The notes under the pieces: generated by a model | Seen by the model: the letters and a program-made list of their open reading frames with translations, nothing else | The model's database searches: none | Told to the model about the DNA's origin: nothing | Made by a program: the position numbers and the translations under genes | Shown: piece after piece, positions 29,826 to 42,749 of the stretch | How the letters are laid out: each line of letters begins with the position of its first letter | Numbering within the stretch: position 1 is the first letter of the stretch | Assembly: GCF_055900595.2 (NCBI RefSeq) | Contig: NZ_CM148325.1 | Strand: one strand, 5' to 3' | Length of the DNA stretch: 64,000 bases

Positions 29826-31910
29826 ATGGAAAGCAAACGTCTGGATAATGCCGCGCTGGCGGCGGGGATCAGCCCCAATTACATCAATGCCCACGGTAAA
29901 CCGCAGTCGATTAGCGCCGAAACCAAACGGCGTTTGCTTGACGCGATGCATCAACGTACCGCCACGAAAGTGGCGGTAACGCCAGTCCCGAATGTCATGG
30001 TCTATACCAGCGGCAAAAAAATGCCGATGGCGGTGGAGGGCAGCGGCGAATATAGCTGGCTGCTGACCACCGAAGAAGGAACGCAGTACAAAGGCCATGT
30101 AACGGGGGGCAAAGCGTTCAATTTACCGACGAAGTTGCCGGAAGGTTATCACACGTTGACACTCACCCAGGACGACCAGCGCGCGCATTGTCGGGTGATT
30201 GTCGCCCCGAAACGCTGTTACGAACCGCAGGCGTTGCTGAATAAACAAAAGCTGTGGGGCGCCTGCGTCCAGCTTTATACGCTGCGATCGGAAAAAAACT
30301 GGGGTATTGGGGATTTTGGCGATCTCAAAGTGATGCTGGTGGATGTGGCAAAACGTGGCGGGGCTTTCATCGGTCTGAACCCGATTCATGCGCTCTATCC
30401 GGCAAATCCGGAAAGTGCCAGCCCGTATAGCCCGTCTTCTCGTCGCTGGCTAAATGTGGTTTATATCGACGTTAACGCCGTCGAAGATTTCCATCTTAGC
30501 GAAGAGGCTCAGACCTGGTGGCAGTTACCGACCACGCAACAGACGCTGCAACAGGCACGGGATGCCGACTGGGTCGATTACTCCACCGTCACTGCGCTGA
30601 AAATGACAGCATTGCGGATGGCGTGGAAAGGTTTTGCGCAACGTGATGATGAGCAGATGGCCGCGTTTCGCCAGTTTGTTGCAGAGCAGGGCGACAGCCT
30701 GTTCTGGCAGGCGGCGTTTGACGCGTTACATGCCCAGCAAGTGAAAGAAGACGAAATGCGCTGGGGCTGGCCTGCATGGCCAGAGATGTATCAGAACGTG
30801 GATTCACCAGAAGTGCGTCAGTTCTGCGAAGAACATCGTGATGACGTCGATTTTTATCTCTGGTTGCAGTGGCTGGCTTACAGCCAGTTTGCCGCCTGCT
30901 GGGAGATAAGCCAGGGCCATGAAATGCCGATTGGCTTGTACCGTGATCTGGCGGTTGGCGTAGCAGAGGGTGGAGCAGAAACCTGGTGCGACCGGGAGTT
31001 GTATTGCCTGAAAGCGTCGGTGGGCGCGCCGCCGGATATCCTCGGCCCGTTGGGGCAGAACTGGGGATTGCCGCCGATGGATCCGCATATCATCACCGCG
31101 CGTGCCTATGAACCGTTTATCGAGCTGTTGCGTGCCAATATGCAAAACTGCGGCGCGTTGCGAATTGACCATGTGATGTCGATGCTGCGTTTGTGGTGGA
31201 TACCGTATGGCGAGACGGCAGATCAGGGCGCGTATGTTCACTATCCGGTAGATGATCTGCTCTCGATTCTGGCACTCGAAAGTAAGCGCCATCGCTGCAT
31301 GGTGATTGGTGAAGACCTCGGCACTGTACCGGTAGAGATTGTCGGTAAACTGCGCAGCAGCGGTGTGTACTCCTACAAAGTGCTCTATTTCGAAAGCGAC
31401 CACGAGAAGACATTCCGCGCGCCGAAAGCGTATCCGGAGCAGTCGATGGCGGTTGCGGCGACACACGACCTGCCTACACTGCGTGGCTACTGGGAGAGCG
31501 GGGATTTAACACTGGGCAAAACGCTGGGGCTGTACCCGGATGAAGTGGTATTGCGCGGTCTGTATCAGGATCGCGAACTGGCGAAGCAAGGGTTACTGGA
31601 TGCACTGCATAAACATGGTTGCCTGCCAAAACGTGCGGGGCATAAGGCATCGTTAATGTCGATGACGCCGATGCTTAATCGTGGTTTGCAACGTTATATC
31701 GCTGATAGTAACAGTGCTCTGTTAGGGCTTCAGCCAGAAGACTGGCTGGATATGGCCGAACCGGTAAATATTCCCGGAACCAGTTACCAGTATAAAAACT
31801 GGCGACGTAAGCTTTCTGCAACGCTTGAGTCGATGTTTGCCGATGATGGCGTGAACAAGTTGCTGAAGGATTTGGACAGACGGCGCAGAGCGGCTGCGAA
31901 GAAGCAGTAG
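29826..31910 (+). CDS. malQ: 4-alpha-glucanotransferase (amylomaltase)
   Basis: 694-aa ORF recognised as MalQ; 9-bp spacer after malP. Confidence 0.97.
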   Translation: MESKRLDNAALAAGISPNYINAHGKPQSISAETKRRLLDAMHQRTATKVAVTPVPNVMVYTSGKKMPMAVEGSGEYSWLLTTEEGTQYKGHVTGGKAFNLPTKLPEGYHTLTLTQDDQRAHCRVIVAPKRCYEPQALLNKQKLWGACVQLYTLRSEKNWGIGDFGDLKVMLVDVAKRGGAFIGLNPIHALYPANPESASPYSPSSRRWLNVVYIDVNAVEDFHLSEEAQTWWQLPTTQQTLQQARDADWVDYSTVTALKMTALRMAWKGFAQRDDEQMAAFRQFVAEQGDSLFWQAAFDALHAQQVKEDEMRWGWPAWPEMYQNVDSPEVRQFCEEHRDDVDFYLWLQWLAYSQFAACWEISQGHEMPIGLYRDLAVGVAEGGAETWCDRELYCLKASVGAPPDILGPLGQNWGLPPMDPHIITARAYEPFIELLRANMQNCGALRIDHVMSMLRLWWIPYGETADQGAYVHYPVDDLLSILALESKRHRCMVIGEDLGTVPVEIVGKLRSSGVYSYKVLYFESDHEKTFRAPKAYPEQSMAVAATHDLPTLRGYWESGDLTLGKTLGLYPDEVVLRGLYQDRELAKQGLLDALHKHGCLPKRAGHKASLMSMTPMLNRGLQRYIADSNSALLGLQPEDWLDMAEPVNIPGTSYQYKNWRRKLSATLESMFADDGVNKLLKDLDRRRRAAAKKQ

Positions 31911-31922
31911 AGAGCGGTTGAT

Positions 31923-31943
31923 GCCGGATGCGATGCATCCGGC
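31923..31943. repeat. REP-like palindrome / hairpin (gccggatgc-gat-gcatccggc) between convergent malQ and gntT
   Basis: Perfect 9-bp inverted repeat seen in sequence just after the malQ stop. Confidence 0.5.
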
Positions 31944-31954
31944 AGTCAGTATTA

Positions 31955-33271
31955 TCAAATCACCATATTCAGCAGCAGACAGCCTACCAGACCGCACACC
32001 GAGATAATGGTTTCCAGCATCGACCAGGACTTGATGGTCTCGCCGATAGTCAGGTTAAAGTACTCTTTGAACAGCCAGAAGCCCGGATCGTTCACGTGAG
32101 AGAAAATCACACTACCGGAACCAACCGCAATAACCATCAGTTCCGGGCTAACACCCGTCGTTGCAATTAGTGGTGCCGCGATACCCCCCGCAGTGATTGC
32201 CGCAACGGTTGCGGAACCCAGCGCGATACGCAGTACGGCGGCAATCGACCAGGCCATCAGCAGCGGAGAAATGTTGGTTTCGTGCATCATGGAAGCAATG
32301 TATTTGTCCACGCCGCTGTCTACCAGCACCTGCTTGAACGCACCGCCACCACCGATGATCAACAGCATCATCGCGATGATTTTGATGGAAGAAACCAGCG
32401 TGTCGTTAATCTGATCCATTGAACGACCACGGTTCAGACCAAAGGTGAACATCGCAATCAACACGGCAATCAGCGTTGCCATTACCGGGTCACCGAGGAA
32501 CTCCGCCACTGGCAGGAAAGCGTGACCTTTCGGCAGGATCATTTCGGCAATTGCACGCATCGCCATCAGCACAACCGGCACCAGAGAAGTCCAGACGCTG
32601 ACGCCAAAGCTTGGCATCTCTTCTTCGCTGAAGGTTTTCGCGCTGTACAGACCTTCCGGGATTGGCTTATCGATACCTTTCAGCACGCGAGCGTAAACCG
32701 GACCCGCGAGAATAACGGTCGGGATTGCCAGAATAGTCCCGTACAGCAGGGTTTTACCCATATCGGCATTGAAAATGGTGGCAATCGCAGTTGGGCCCGG
32801 ATGTGGCGGCAGGAAGCCGTGGGTCACAGACAGCGCAGCCGCCATTGGTACACCAACATACAGCAGCGGAATATTCGCGGAAGCCGCGATGGTAAACACC
32901 AGCGGCAGCATTAGCACGAAGCCCACTTCATAGAACAGGGCAAAACCGACAGTAAAACCGGTTAACACTACCGCCCATTGGATGTGTTTTTTACCAAATT
33001 TGGCAATCAGCGTGGTGGCGATACGTTGTGCACCACCGCAGTCTGCCAGCATTTTGCCCAGCATCGCGCCAAAACCCATGATCAGGGCAAGGCTACCGAG
33101 CGTCCCGCCGACACCAGCTTTGATGGAGCCAATAACTTTATCCAGCGGCATTCCCTGCATTAATCCAACAGCAAGCGCCACGAGGACGAGAGCGATGAAT
33201 CCGTTCATTTTGAAGCGGATCATCAGGAGCAACAACAAGATTACACCGATAGCAACAATGACTAATGGCAT
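31955..33271 (-). CDS. gntT: High-affinity gluconate transporter GntT
   Basis: 438-aa ORF recognised as GntT; paralog of gntU at the other end of the window. Confidence 0.96.
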   Translation of the reverse strand: MPLVIVAIGVILLLLLMIRFKMNGFIALVLVALAVGLMQGMPLDKVIGSIKAGVGGTLGSLALIMGFGAMLGKMLADCGGAQRIATTLIAKFGKKHIQWAVVLTGFTVGFALFYEVGFVLMLPLVFTIAASANIPLLYVGVPMAAALSVTHGFLPPHPGPTAIATIFNADMGKTLLYGTILAIPTVILAGPVYARVLKGIDKPIPEGLYSAKTFSEEEMPSFGVSVWTSLVPVVLMAMRAIAEMILPKGHAFLPVAEFLGDPVMATLIAVLIAMFTFGLNRGRSMDQINDTLVSSIKIIAMMLLIIGGGGAFKQVLVDSGVDKYIASMMHETNISPLLMAWSIAAVLRIALGSATVAAITAGGIAAPLIATTGVSPELMVIAVGSGSVIFSHVNDPGFWLFKEYFNLTIGETIKSWSMLETIISVCGLVGCLLLNMVI

Positions 33272-33431
33272 GATTTACCTGGCCTTTCATTTGTTATGGG
33301 TAACGTCAATTTTCTGACGACAAACTCTAATTATCCCAATCGGGAACAGAGATATTGCGGCACCACGACTGATACCCACTAAAACTAATTATTGTAGTCA
33401 GATGTCAGGAGTATGTTTGGTACCCGCGTGA

Positions 33432-33447
33432 ATGATACGGGTAACAT
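33432..33447. promoter_or_regulatory. Candidate GntR operator upstream of gntT (ATGATA-cggg-TAACAT palindrome)
   Basis: Near-perfect inverted repeat of the ATGTTA/TAACAT type ~160 bp upstream of gntT start; matches the GntR operator pattern as I recall it. Confidence 0.5.
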
Positions 33448-33568
33448 CTGGCGTTTGAGAATCACCAGAGCGGGGTAAATTTAAATTATGAGAGGTTGGT
33501 CATATTATCGCGGGGAAACGTAGGGACTGGATTTGCCGAGGCAATGTAGCGCCAACGCCTGGCAGACG

Positions 33569-33600
33569 GCCCGATAAGACGCTTTAGCGTCGCATCGGGC
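33569..33600. repeat. REP element (gcccgataagacgctttagcgtcgcatcgggc)
   Basis: Matches the REP palindromic-unit pattern; lies between the nfuA 3' end and the gntT promoter. Confidence 0.5.
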
Positions 33601-33622
33601 AATCTATAAAAGAGAGGATAAC

Positions 33623-34198
33623 TTAGTAGTAAGAGTGTTCGCCGCGCTGGTGTTCGGTGAGATCGCGTACACCTTTCAGCTCCGGGAATTCGTTCAGCAG
33701 CTGCTTTTCGATCCCTTCTTTCAGCGTCACATCGACCATTGAACAACCGTTACAACCGCCGCCAAATTGCAGAATGGCGTAACCGTCTTCGGTGATTTCC
33801 ATCAGCGAAACGCGACCACCGTGACCGGCAAGCTGTGGGTTGATCTGCGACTGCAGCATATACTCCACGCGCTCCATCAGCGGCGCATCGTCAGCTACTT
33901 TGCGCATTTTGGCGTTTGGGGCTTTCAGCGTCAGCTGAGAACCCAACTGGTCGGTAACAAAGTCGATCTCTGCATCTTCCAGGTAAGGCGCGCTTAACTC
34001 ATCAACATACGCGGTCAGCAGGTCAAATTTCAGGGCAGTGTCGGTGGCTTCCACAGCGTCCGGCGGACAATAAGAAACGCCACATTCAGCGTTAGGCGTG
34101 CCAGGGTTAATCACAAATACGCGGATTTGTGTCCCTTCTTCCTGATTTGCCAGCAGTTTGGCAAAGTGCGCTTGTGCAGCATCGGAAATACGGATCAT
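33623..34198 (-). CDS. nfuA: Fe-S cluster carrier protein NfuA
   Basis: 191-aa ORF recognised as NfuA (formerly YhgI/GntY); C-terminal Nfu domain with CxxC (GGGCNGCS). Confidence 0.95.
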
Positions 34199-34256
34199 AG
34201 TAATGGCCTAATAGTTGACTATTTTAGTTGGTTATAATACGCCCATCATCGAGGCT

Positions 34257-34958
<702 letters not shown>

Positions 34959-34959
34959 A

Positions 34960-35748
<789 letters not shown>

Positions 35749-35776
35749 ACAGCTGTTGAAATGGCGAGACAGAACT

Positions 35777-35950
35777 TTACTGGCTCGCCGCAGCCAACTC
35801 TTCTTCTGACAGCCCGGTAAAGCGCATGATGTCTGCAAGAGGGACTCCGGATTACAGCATTCTTTTGGCGATATCCAGGGCTTCCAGGCGTCGACCCAAT
35901 AAATAACCAATCAGGTAACTAATAAGATATTCTCTTTCTGCATCCGTCAT
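35777..35950 (-). pseudogene. Remnant copy of an Rpn-family C-terminal tail, interrupted by an in-frame TAA
   Basis: Minus-strand translation MTDAEREYLISYLIGYLLGRRLEALDIAKRML*SGVPLADIMRFTGLSEEELAAASQ* parallels the last ~54 aa of the adjacent rpnA product ([54 protein letters not shown]); the DNA segments also align by eye at roughly two-thirds identity. Confidence 0.55.
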
Positions 35951-35967
35951 TAAAACCATCCTTAACG

Positions 35968-36861
35968 TTATTGATGATTTATTTCAGCAAGGTCTTCAAC
36001 CGTCAGGCTGGTAAATCGCAGAACGTCCTCAAGAGAGACTCCGGCATCCAACATGGTTTTGGCAATATTTAGGGCGTTGGTACGTATACCTTTCTGAAAC
36101 CCCTCTTGCCGCAATCTTTCCGCAATAGTCATTAAACTCTCCTTGTGTTTCGGTGAACGTTCGGCCACACCATCGATAAAATCATTAAAACGTACTGCAT
36201 CGCCAGTTTGCAGTATGTAATTAAACAGCCCTTTGATTTGTCTGTCATTAGCGTATCCACTACTTAATAAGCAGGCCATTTGCTCTACCAGCCCCATCAG
36301 GTCGCGTTGACGTATATGTTTTTGGATTAACTCCAGCAGCGCCATACGTCGGTGCTGCATGATTTCATCATCAGGCATGACAGTGACATCAATCAGCGGG
36401 AATGCAGAGGCATAAAGCTGTCTGGCCAGTTTGGGATCGGCGAAACAATCCAGCCAACACAGTGAATAGGGATATGGGCTTTCAATGCCGTGGTAAAACA
36501 ACAATGGCACCACCATCGGCAACGTTTTGTATCCGGCATCCAGGTGATTTTGCATTGCGGCAATGGCGTAACGCATCATGCGAAATGCGATCAGTTTGTT
36601 TGAGGTGCTTTGATGTTCAATCAGACAATAGATATATCCCGGTCCTTGTTCCGTTTTCACCGACCACAGCACGTCGGAATAGCTTTCACGCAGATCGTCA
36701 TCAATAAAGCTGCTCGACTCCAGCTTGAGGGTTTTCATATCACAGAGCGCGTGAATAGGTGCCGGTAAATGGAACGCAAGAAAATCGCGCGCCGTCTCCG
36801 GTTGGCGTAAAAAGAGTTTGAACAGCGCATCGTGTGGGGTGGAACTCTGCTTTTTGCTCAT
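35968..36861 (-). CDS. rpnA: Rpn-family recombination-promoting nuclease (YhgA-like, PD-(D/E)xK)
   Basis: 297-aa ORF recognised as YhgA/RpnA; exact start codon uncertain by a few codons. Confidence 0.85.
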   Translation of the reverse strand: MSKKQSSTPHDALFKLFLRQPETARDFLAFHLPAPIHALCDMKTLKLESSSFIDDDLRESYSDVLWSVKTEQGPGYIYCLIEHQSTSNKLIAFRMMRYAIAAMQNHLDAGYKTLPMVVPLLFYHGIESPYPYSLCWLDCFADPKLARQLYASAFPLIDVTVMPDDEIMQHRRMALLELIQKHIRQRDLMGLVEQMACLLSSGYANDRQIKGLFNYILQTGDAVRFNDFIDGVAERSPKHKESLMTIAERLRQEGFQKGIRTNALNIAKTMLDAGVSLEDVLRFTSLTVEDLAEINHQ

Positions 36862-37062
36862 GGCGTTCCTTCACCTGTTGTTTGAATGCCGCGACTCTAC
36901 GCGCCACTCCACACCTGTGCATTAGCGAGTTTTCATCCCTGCGAGACGCTTTCAGAGGAACTTACGTTGTACTGCAAGAGTTGCATTATTATGGAAAGCC
37001 GCACGCAAAAAAGCCCGGTTGCAAACGCATACCGGGCTTTCAAAACAGGCAGTAAAACAAGG

Positions 37063-37299
37063 TTAACGTAACGCCCACCACTCACGCAGACAGGCTTTGC
37101 CTTCCGGGCAGCTTTTACAACTGCCAGAGAGGCAGCCGTCAGGTTCTTCCTGAATCCGCACGGCTTTGCCCATACTTTCCAGCTGTTGCAGCATGGCGTT
37201 AATCATGGGTTGCGGAGTGTTCAATGTCTGGCTTATCTGGGCCGCTTCCATACGGCCCCGTAATGCCAGCAAATCACGCACCTGAATGAGCGAAGCCAT
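37063..37299 (-). CDS. feoC: Ferrous iron transport protein FeoC (winged-helix, Cys-rich)
   Basis: ORF 37063..37341; recognised FeoC N-terminus [23 protein letters not shown] at the internal ATG (78 aa); four-Cys cluster [15 protein letters not shown]. Confidence 0.9.
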   Translation of the reverse strand: MASLIQVRDLLALRGRMEAAQISQTLNTPQPMINAMLQQLESMGKAVRIQEEPDGCLSGSCKSCPEGKACLREWWALR

Positions 37300-37309
37300 T
37301 GCTGTATCC

Positions 37310-39631
37310 TTAGTGGCAATCGCCAGTGGTGCTGGCTGCACAGCAACTGCTTACCGATTTGCGTGTTGCCAGCAGTTCGATATCGACCCGGCTACGCGCG
37401 CGACGCAGCAAACCGATAACCACGATGTTAAACAGGATAACCGCCAGAATGCATACCAGGCTGTAGGTTGGATGCTGGCTGTAGCTGGCGACCTGGTAGA
37501 ACAATGTTGCCAACGAGTAAGCGATATTCAGCCCCCACAGGATGGAGAAGCCCATCCAGCCACGGCTGGATTCACGCGCGATAGCACCCATCACCGAGAT
37601 ACACGGTACATACAGCAGAACGAAAATCAGGTAGCTGTAAGCAGCTGCTGCGCTTCCAAATTTCTGATCCATCACGCCCATCGCTCCGGTACCCATTTCA
37701 CCGTCGCCTTTGCTCGCTTCAATGGGGTTCATCAGTACGCTAAGACTGAAGGTGTCTTTCAGGCTCTGCCAGGTTTCATCTACCGCGCTGAATAGCTCTT
37801 CACCGAGGTTAAATTCCGCCGGATTGAACTCTTCGTCCTGAATATTTTCTGCGGTGTAGAGGGTGTTGAGCGTACCCACCACCACTTCTTTCGCCATTGC
37901 GCCTGTAAACAGGCCAACAGTTGCCTGCCAGTTATCTTCATGTACGCCAATCGGCTTGAAGACCGGGGTGATCACCCGGCTGACGGAAGCCAGCGCCGAG
38001 TCGTTGATGTTATCGACGATTTTCCCGCTCAGAGAGAAGCTGTTGAAAGCGCTCAGGAAAATGCTGACGATGATAATCACTTTACCCGCACGCAGAACGA
38101 AGCCTTTCAGACGCTGCCAGGTCTGGATAATCAGGCTTTTAACGTGTGGTACATGGTAGACCGGTAGCTCCATGACAAACGGCGTCGCTTCACCGCGCAT
38201 GATGGTGTACTTGAGCATCAGGCCAGTCAGCACCGCCATCACAATACCGAGCATATACAGCGAGAAGACCGCCAGCGCACCGTTCTGCCCGAAGAAGGCA
38301 GCCGCGAATACGGCGAAGATAGCCAGACGCGCGCCGCAGGACATAAACGGTGCCATCATGATGGTCATCAGACGTTCACGCGGTGCATCAAGCGTACGTG
38401 CGCCCATTACCGACGGTACGTTACAACCGAAACCAACGATCAGCGGTACAAAGGATTTCCCGGGCAAGCCCAGCGCCTGCATCAGACGGTCCATCACAAA
38501 CGCCGCACGCGCCATATAGCCGGAGTCCTCGAGGAAGGAGAGGAACAGGTACATCATGCCGATCTGTGGCACCAGTGGCAGAACGGTGTTAATACCGCCA
38601 CCCAAGCCCTGGGCGAGGAAGATAGTCAGCCAGTCCGGGAAGTGGAGCGTGTAGCCAATCCACTGAATACCATGCACAAATAGCGCCACGGAGCCGACGT
38701 CAAACAACGGCTGTAACGCCCCGCCGATGTTGATAGCTAGCAGGAACATCAGGTACATCACAAAGAGGAAAATCGGCAGACCGAGGAAACGGTTGAGCAC
38801 GATTTTATCTACCGCAGTGGTGAAACGGCTGGGTTCTGCCGTCAGGGTGTTGCTTACCACATCACAGATGGCAGCAATACACTGGTAACGCGCATCGGCA
38901 ATGTGCAGCGCCGGATCGTCCATCTCATTACGCAGACGGGCGAGGGCGGCATCAAGATGCTGCGACGCTTCACCGGCGTAGGCGCGGCTGTAGATATCGC
39001 CTTCCAGCATTTGCAGGCCCAGCCAGCGACGTTGTTTCAGCGGGATGTCGGAAGGCATCACTTTTGCCAGTGAATCTGCTTCGTTGAGCAGCGGCTGTGC
39101 GTAATGCACCAGTTCCACATTCTCGTTAGCTTTATAGCGATCAATCGCCAGCTTGAGCGCTTCAATACCGCGACCACGAGTTGAAACCAGTGGGATCACC
39201 GGGCAGCCAAGACGCGCCGACAGAGCATCAATTTCAATGCGAATATTTTGCTTCTCGGCAATGTCTAGCATGTTCAGCGCCACGATGCAGGGAATGCCGA
39301 GTTCCAGCAGTTGTAGCGTCAGGTACAGGTTACGCTCAAGGTTAGACGCATCCACCACGTTAATCAGCAGGTCAGCGTCGCCACTCAAAATGTAGTGACA
39401 GGCGATTTGCTCATCGAGCGAGGTCTGCGATGAGATGGTGGTCAGAGAATAGGTGCCGGGGAGGTCCACCAGCGTGACCTGATGATCGGTGGTGGAGAAT
39501 TGCCCTTCTTTACGTTCGACGGTAACGCCAGCCCAGTTACCTACACGCTGACGTGCGCCAGTGAGCTGGTTAAATAAGGTTGTCTTGCCAGAATTTGGAT
39601 TACCAATTAAGCCAATGGTTAATTTTTTCAT
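37310..39631 (-). CDS. feoB: Ferrous iron transporter FeoB (N-terminal GTPase + permease)
   Basis: ORF 37310..39643; recognised N-terminus [18 protein letters not shown] (G1 motif) at the internal ATG; 773 aa. Confidence 0.96.
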   Translation of the reverse strand: MKKLTIGLIGNPNSGKTTLFNQLTGARQRVGNWAGVTVERKEGQFSTTDHQVTLVDLPGTYSLTTISSQTSLDEQIACHYILSGDADLLINVVDASNLERNLYLTLQLLELGIPCIVALNMLDIAEKQNIRIEIDALSARLGCPVIPLVSTRGRGIEALKLAIDRYKANENVELVHYAQPLLNEADSLAKVMPSDIPLKQRRWLGLQMLEGDIYSRAYAGEASQHLDAALARLRNEMDDPALHIADARYQCIAAICDVVSNTLTAEPSRFTTAVDKIVLNRFLGLPIFLFVMYLMFLLAINIGGALQPLFDVGSVALFVHGIQWIGYTLHFPDWLTIFLAQGLGGGINTVLPLVPQIGMMYLFLSFLEDSGYMARAAFVMDRLMQALGLPGKSFVPLIVGFGCNVPSVMGARTLDAPRERLMTIMMAPFMSCGARLAIFAVFAAAFFGQNGALAVFSLYMLGIVMAVLTGLMLKYTIMRGEATPFVMELPVYHVPHVKSLIIQTWQRLKGFVLRAGKVIIIVSIFLSAFNSFSLSGKIVDNINDSALASVSRVITPVFKPIGVHEDNWQATVGLFTGAMAKEVVVGTLNTLYTAENIQDEEFNPAEFNLGEELFSAVDETWQSLKDTFSLSVLMNPIEASKGDGEMGTGAMGVMDQKFGSAAAAYSYLIFVLLYVPCISVMGAIARESSRGWMGFSILWGLNIAYSLATLFYQVASYSQHPTYSLVCILAVILFNIVVIGLLRRARSRVDIELLATRKSVSSCCAASTTGDCH

Positions 39632-39647
39632 TGTTGTTATCACCGTA

Positions 39648-39875
39648 TTAACAGGAAACCGCTTCCACTTCTAATAAGGCCAGATCTTTTTTGCGTAATA
39701 CCAGGCTCACACGACGGGTTTCGATATGAATGGGGTCGCCAAGTGGAGCGACGCGCACCACATTAAAAGAGGAGCCAGGTAACATGCCAAGAGAAAGCAG
39801 TTTTTGGCGATATGCCGGGCTGATTTCACGGGAAAAGCCAGTGATTTTCCACGCAGTATCTGGAGTGTATTGCAT
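39648..39875 (-). CDS. feoA: Ferrous iron transport protein FeoA
   Basis: 75-aa ORF recognised as FeoA; 16 bp upstream of feoB. Confidence 0.95.
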   Translation of the reverse strand: MQYTPDTAWKITGFSREISPAYRQKLLSLGMLPGSSFNVVRVAPLGDPIHIETRRVSLVLRKKDLALLEVEAVSC

Positions 39876-39985
39876 AGGTGCCTACTTGTTTCTCATTAAC
39901 TGGATAACTACCTCATGGGGCGTTTGACAGCGACATGAGACCAGATGATTTGCCAACGAGGGAGAGATTAAATAATCAACAGTAC

Positions 39986-40004
39986 AATGATAATGAGAAT
40001 GGTT
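39986..40004. promoter_or_regulatory. Candidate Fur box upstream of feoABC (AATGATAATGAGAAT)
   Basis: Partial match to the GATAATGATAATCATTATC Fur consensus ~110 bp upstream of feoA; feo is known to be Fur/FNR-regulated but I cannot confirm this exact site. Confidence 0.3.
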
Positions 40005-40211
40005 TCTATCAGCAATACTTAAAATGTGTGCGAATGTTGGTTTAGATAATAATCTGCGTGAATGTTGATGTGGCTCAAGGTTATATCGCAGCGAAAATAT
40101 AATTCGAATGGCGAATTATCAGGGCGGGTTAATGTTTAATTAAGGTTTCAGTTGTTAATGAAGTGATAAATATTGACGAAATATAGTGTGAGTTTCGTTG
40201 TGGAATAAAAA

Positions 40212-40240
40212 TGCCGGAGATATTCTCCGGCATTTTTATG
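40212..40240. terminator. Bidirectional rho-independent terminator (gccggagatattctccggc flanked by T/A runs), downstream of tex
   Basis: 8-bp perfect inverted repeat with TTTTT on the + strand and an A-run (U-run on the - strand transcript) on the other side. Confidence 0.55.
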
Positions 40241-40258
40241 TCAGGCATGGCGTTTATT

Positions 40259-40292
40259 GCCAGATGCGGCGTGAACGCCTGATCTGGCCTAC
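40259..40292. repeat. REP element (gccagatgcggcgtgaacgcctgatctggcctac)
   Basis: Matches the REP palindromic-unit pattern; a second partial copy (gtaggccaatcagg) follows at ~40314. Confidence 0.5.
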
Positions 40293-40331
40293 GATCTTGT
40301 GCAAATTCGAACCGTAGGCCAATCAGGAGGT

Positions 40332-42653
40332 TTAACGTTTTTTGCCCATTGCCGCCGCCAGCGCATCCATCATCGCGCTGTTACCGGCAGGCTGCGCTTC
40401 ACGACCGCGTGGTTTGGCTGCCGGGCGGTTGTTTTGCGGGCGTTCATTACCGCCCCCGCGACGGGCGTTGGTTTCGCCAGGCTGCTCGTCCAGACGCATA
40501 GTCAGGGCGATACGTTTACGCTGAAGATCCACTTCCAGCACTTTCACCTTCACAATGTCGCCCGCTTTCACCACGGTATGCGGATCTTCCACAAACTTGT
40601 TCGACAATGAAGAGATGTGAACCAGGCCGTCCTGATGTACGCCAATATCGACAAACGCGCCAAAGTTGGTGACGTTGGTCACCGCACCTTCGAGGATCAT
40701 ACCCGGTTGCAGGTCGTTCATTGTCTCGACGCCATCGGCAAACTGGGCGGTTTTAAATTCCGGACGCGGATCGCGACCCGGTTTTTCCAGCTCTTTGATG
40801 ATGTCGGTTACCGTCGGCACACCGAATTTCTCATCAGTAAAGTCAGACGCTTTCAGGTTACGCAGTTCGCTGCTGTTACCCATCAGATCTTTCAGTGCCT
40901 GCTGTGTTGCTGCCAGAATGCGTTCCACCACCGGATAGGCTTCCGGGTGAACAGTAGAGGCGTCCAGCGGGTTGTCACCGTGGTTAATGCGCAAGAAGCC
41001 TGCGCACTGCTCGAAGGCTTTTGGCCCCAGGCGGCTGACTTTTAACAGTTGCTGGCGGTTCTGGAACTGGCCGTTCTCATCGCGCCAGGCCACAATGTTT
41101 TGCGCCATCATGCGCGTCAGGCCCGCCACGCGGGTTAACAGCGGAACGGAAGCGGTGTTGAGATCGACGCCAACGGCGTTTACGCAGTCTTCTACTACTG
41201 CATCCAGTTTGCGGGCCAGCTGCGTCTGGCTGACGTCATGCTGATACTGACCTACGCCGATAGATTTCGGATCGATTTTCACCAACTCCGCCAGCGGATC
41301 CTGCAAACGACGGGCGATAGACACCGCGCCACGCAGCGAAACATCGAGATCCGGGAACTCCTGCGCCGCCAGTTCGGAAGCCGAGTAAACCGACGCGCCT
41401 GCTTCGCTGACGATCACTTTCTGTGCAGTCACTTTCGGAAACTGCTTCTGAACGTCGAGATAGAAACGCTCGGTTTCGCGGGAAGCTGTACCGTTGCCGA
41501 TCGCCACCAGTTCAACGTTATGCTTTTCACACAGGGCAGCAATGGTCATCGCTGCTTTTGCGGCTTGTCCGGTATGTGGATAAATGGTATCGGTCGCCAC
41601 CAGTTTGCCAGTTGCATCGACCACCGCCACTTTTACCCCGGTACGCAGACCCGGATCGAGGCCCATCGTTGCACGCAGTCCGGCAGGGGCCGCCATCAGA
41701 AGATCGTGTAGGTTACGGGCAAAGACGTTGATTGCTTCATCTTCCGCGCGTTCACGCACTGTGCCCATCAGTTCGGTTTCCAGATGCATCAGCACCTTGA
41801 TGCGCCACGTCCAGCTCACCACGCCTTTGCGCCAGCTATCCGCCGGGGCATTGTTCAGGCGCAGACCGAGGTGATCCATGATGATTTGCTCGCAATAGCT
41901 CTCTTTTGGCGGTTCGTCGAACTGCGGATCGGCATTTAGCGAAAGCTGGAGTACGCCTTCGTTACGCCCACGGAACATCGCCAGCGCGCGGTGAGAAGGC
42001 ACCGTTGACAGCGGTTCGTGATGATCGAAATAGTCGCGGAATTTCGCCCCTTCCTCTTCTTTACCGTTCACCACCGTAGAAACCAAATGCGCGTTCTTCC
42101 ACAGATAATCACGCACTTTCGCCAGCAGCGCGGCATCTTCGGCAAACCGTTCCATCAGGATATAGCGCGCGCCGTCCAGCGCGGCTTTGGTATCTGCTAC
42201 GCCTTTATCGGCATCAACATATTGTGCAGCGGCGACTTCTGGCGTGTGCGACGGATCGTTCCACAGCAGGTCGGCCAGTGGCTCAAGCCCTGCTTCAATG
42301 GCGATTTGCCCGCGGGTGCGGCGTTTAGGTTTGTAGGGCAGGTAGAGGTCTTCGAGTTCGGTTTTGCTTAAGGTGGCGTTAATAGCATTCGCCAGCTCGT
42401 CGGTCAGTTTGCCTTGCTCGGAAATGGACTTGAGGATTGCCTGACGTCTCTCTTCCAGCTCGCGCAAATAGCTCAGACGCGTTTCCAGATTACGCAGCTG
42501 CGTGTCATCCAGACCGCCGGTGATTTCCTTACGATAACGTGCGATAAACGGCACGGTATTCCCTTCGTCAAGCAGGCGAACGGCAGCGTCAACCTGTTCC
42601 GGGCGCGCCTGAATTTCACCCGCAATAATGCGGCAGAACGAATCATTCATCAT
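40332..42653 (-). CDS. tex: Transcription accessory protein Tex (YhgF); S1 and HhH domains
   Basis: 773-aa ORF recognised as Tex/YhgF. Confidence 0.94.
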   Translation of the reverse strand: MMNDSFCRIIAGEIQARPEQVDAAVRLLDEGNTVPFIARYRKEITGGLDDTQLRNLETRLSYLRELEERRQAILKSISEQGKLTDELANAINATLSKTELEDLYLPYKPKRRTRGQIAIEAGLEPLADLLWNDPSHTPEVAAAQYVDADKGVADTKAALDGARYILMERFAEDAALLAKVRDYLWKNAHLVSTVVNGKEEEGAKFRDYFDHHEPLSTVPSHRALAMFRGRNEGVLQLSLNADPQFDEPPKESYCEQIIMDHLGLRLNNAPADSWRKGVVSWTWRIKVLMHLETELMGTVRERAEDEAINVFARNLHDLLMAAPAGLRATMGLDPGLRTGVKVAVVDATGKLVATDTIYPHTGQAAKAAMTIAALCEKHNVELVAIGNGTASRETERFYLDVQKQFPKVTAQKVIVSEAGASVYSASELAAQEFPDLDVSLRGAVSIARRLQDPLAELVKIDPKSIGVGQYQHDVSQTQLARKLDAVVEDCVNAVGVDLNTASVPLLTRVAGLTRMMAQNIVAWRDENGQFQNRQQLLKVSRLGPKAFEQCAGFLRINHGDNPLDASTVHPEAYPVVERILAATQQALKDLMGNSSELRNLKASDFTDEKFGVPTVTDIIKELEKPGRDPRPEFKTAQFADGVETMNDLQPGMILEGAVTNVTNFGAFVDIGVHQDGLVHISSLSNKFVEDPHTVVKAGDIVKVKVLEVDLQRKRIALTMRLDEQPGETNARRGGGNERPQNNRPAAKPRGREAQPAGNSAMMDALAAAMGKKR

Positions 42654-42749
42654 GGTTTGAGTTCATCTTTTCGGATCAAAAATCAGGGGATAGTTATACG
42701 GACTGGCTGGCAAAAATGCCAGCCATCGGCAGGAGGTTAAGACTCTTCC

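Noticed and set aside
33486-33746. 86-aa minus-strand ORF overlapping the 3' end of nfuA and the REP element
   Set aside because: Overlaps a recognised gene and a REP palindrome; Arg/Pro-rich translation typical of a spurious frame.
35968-36861. rpnA/yhgA as a mobile element (it is often annotated as a putative transposase)
   Set aside because: No terminal inverted repeats, target-site duplications or IS-like organisation visible around the gene; Rpn proteins are PD-(D/E)xK nucleases rather than classical transposases, so it is annotated as a CDS.
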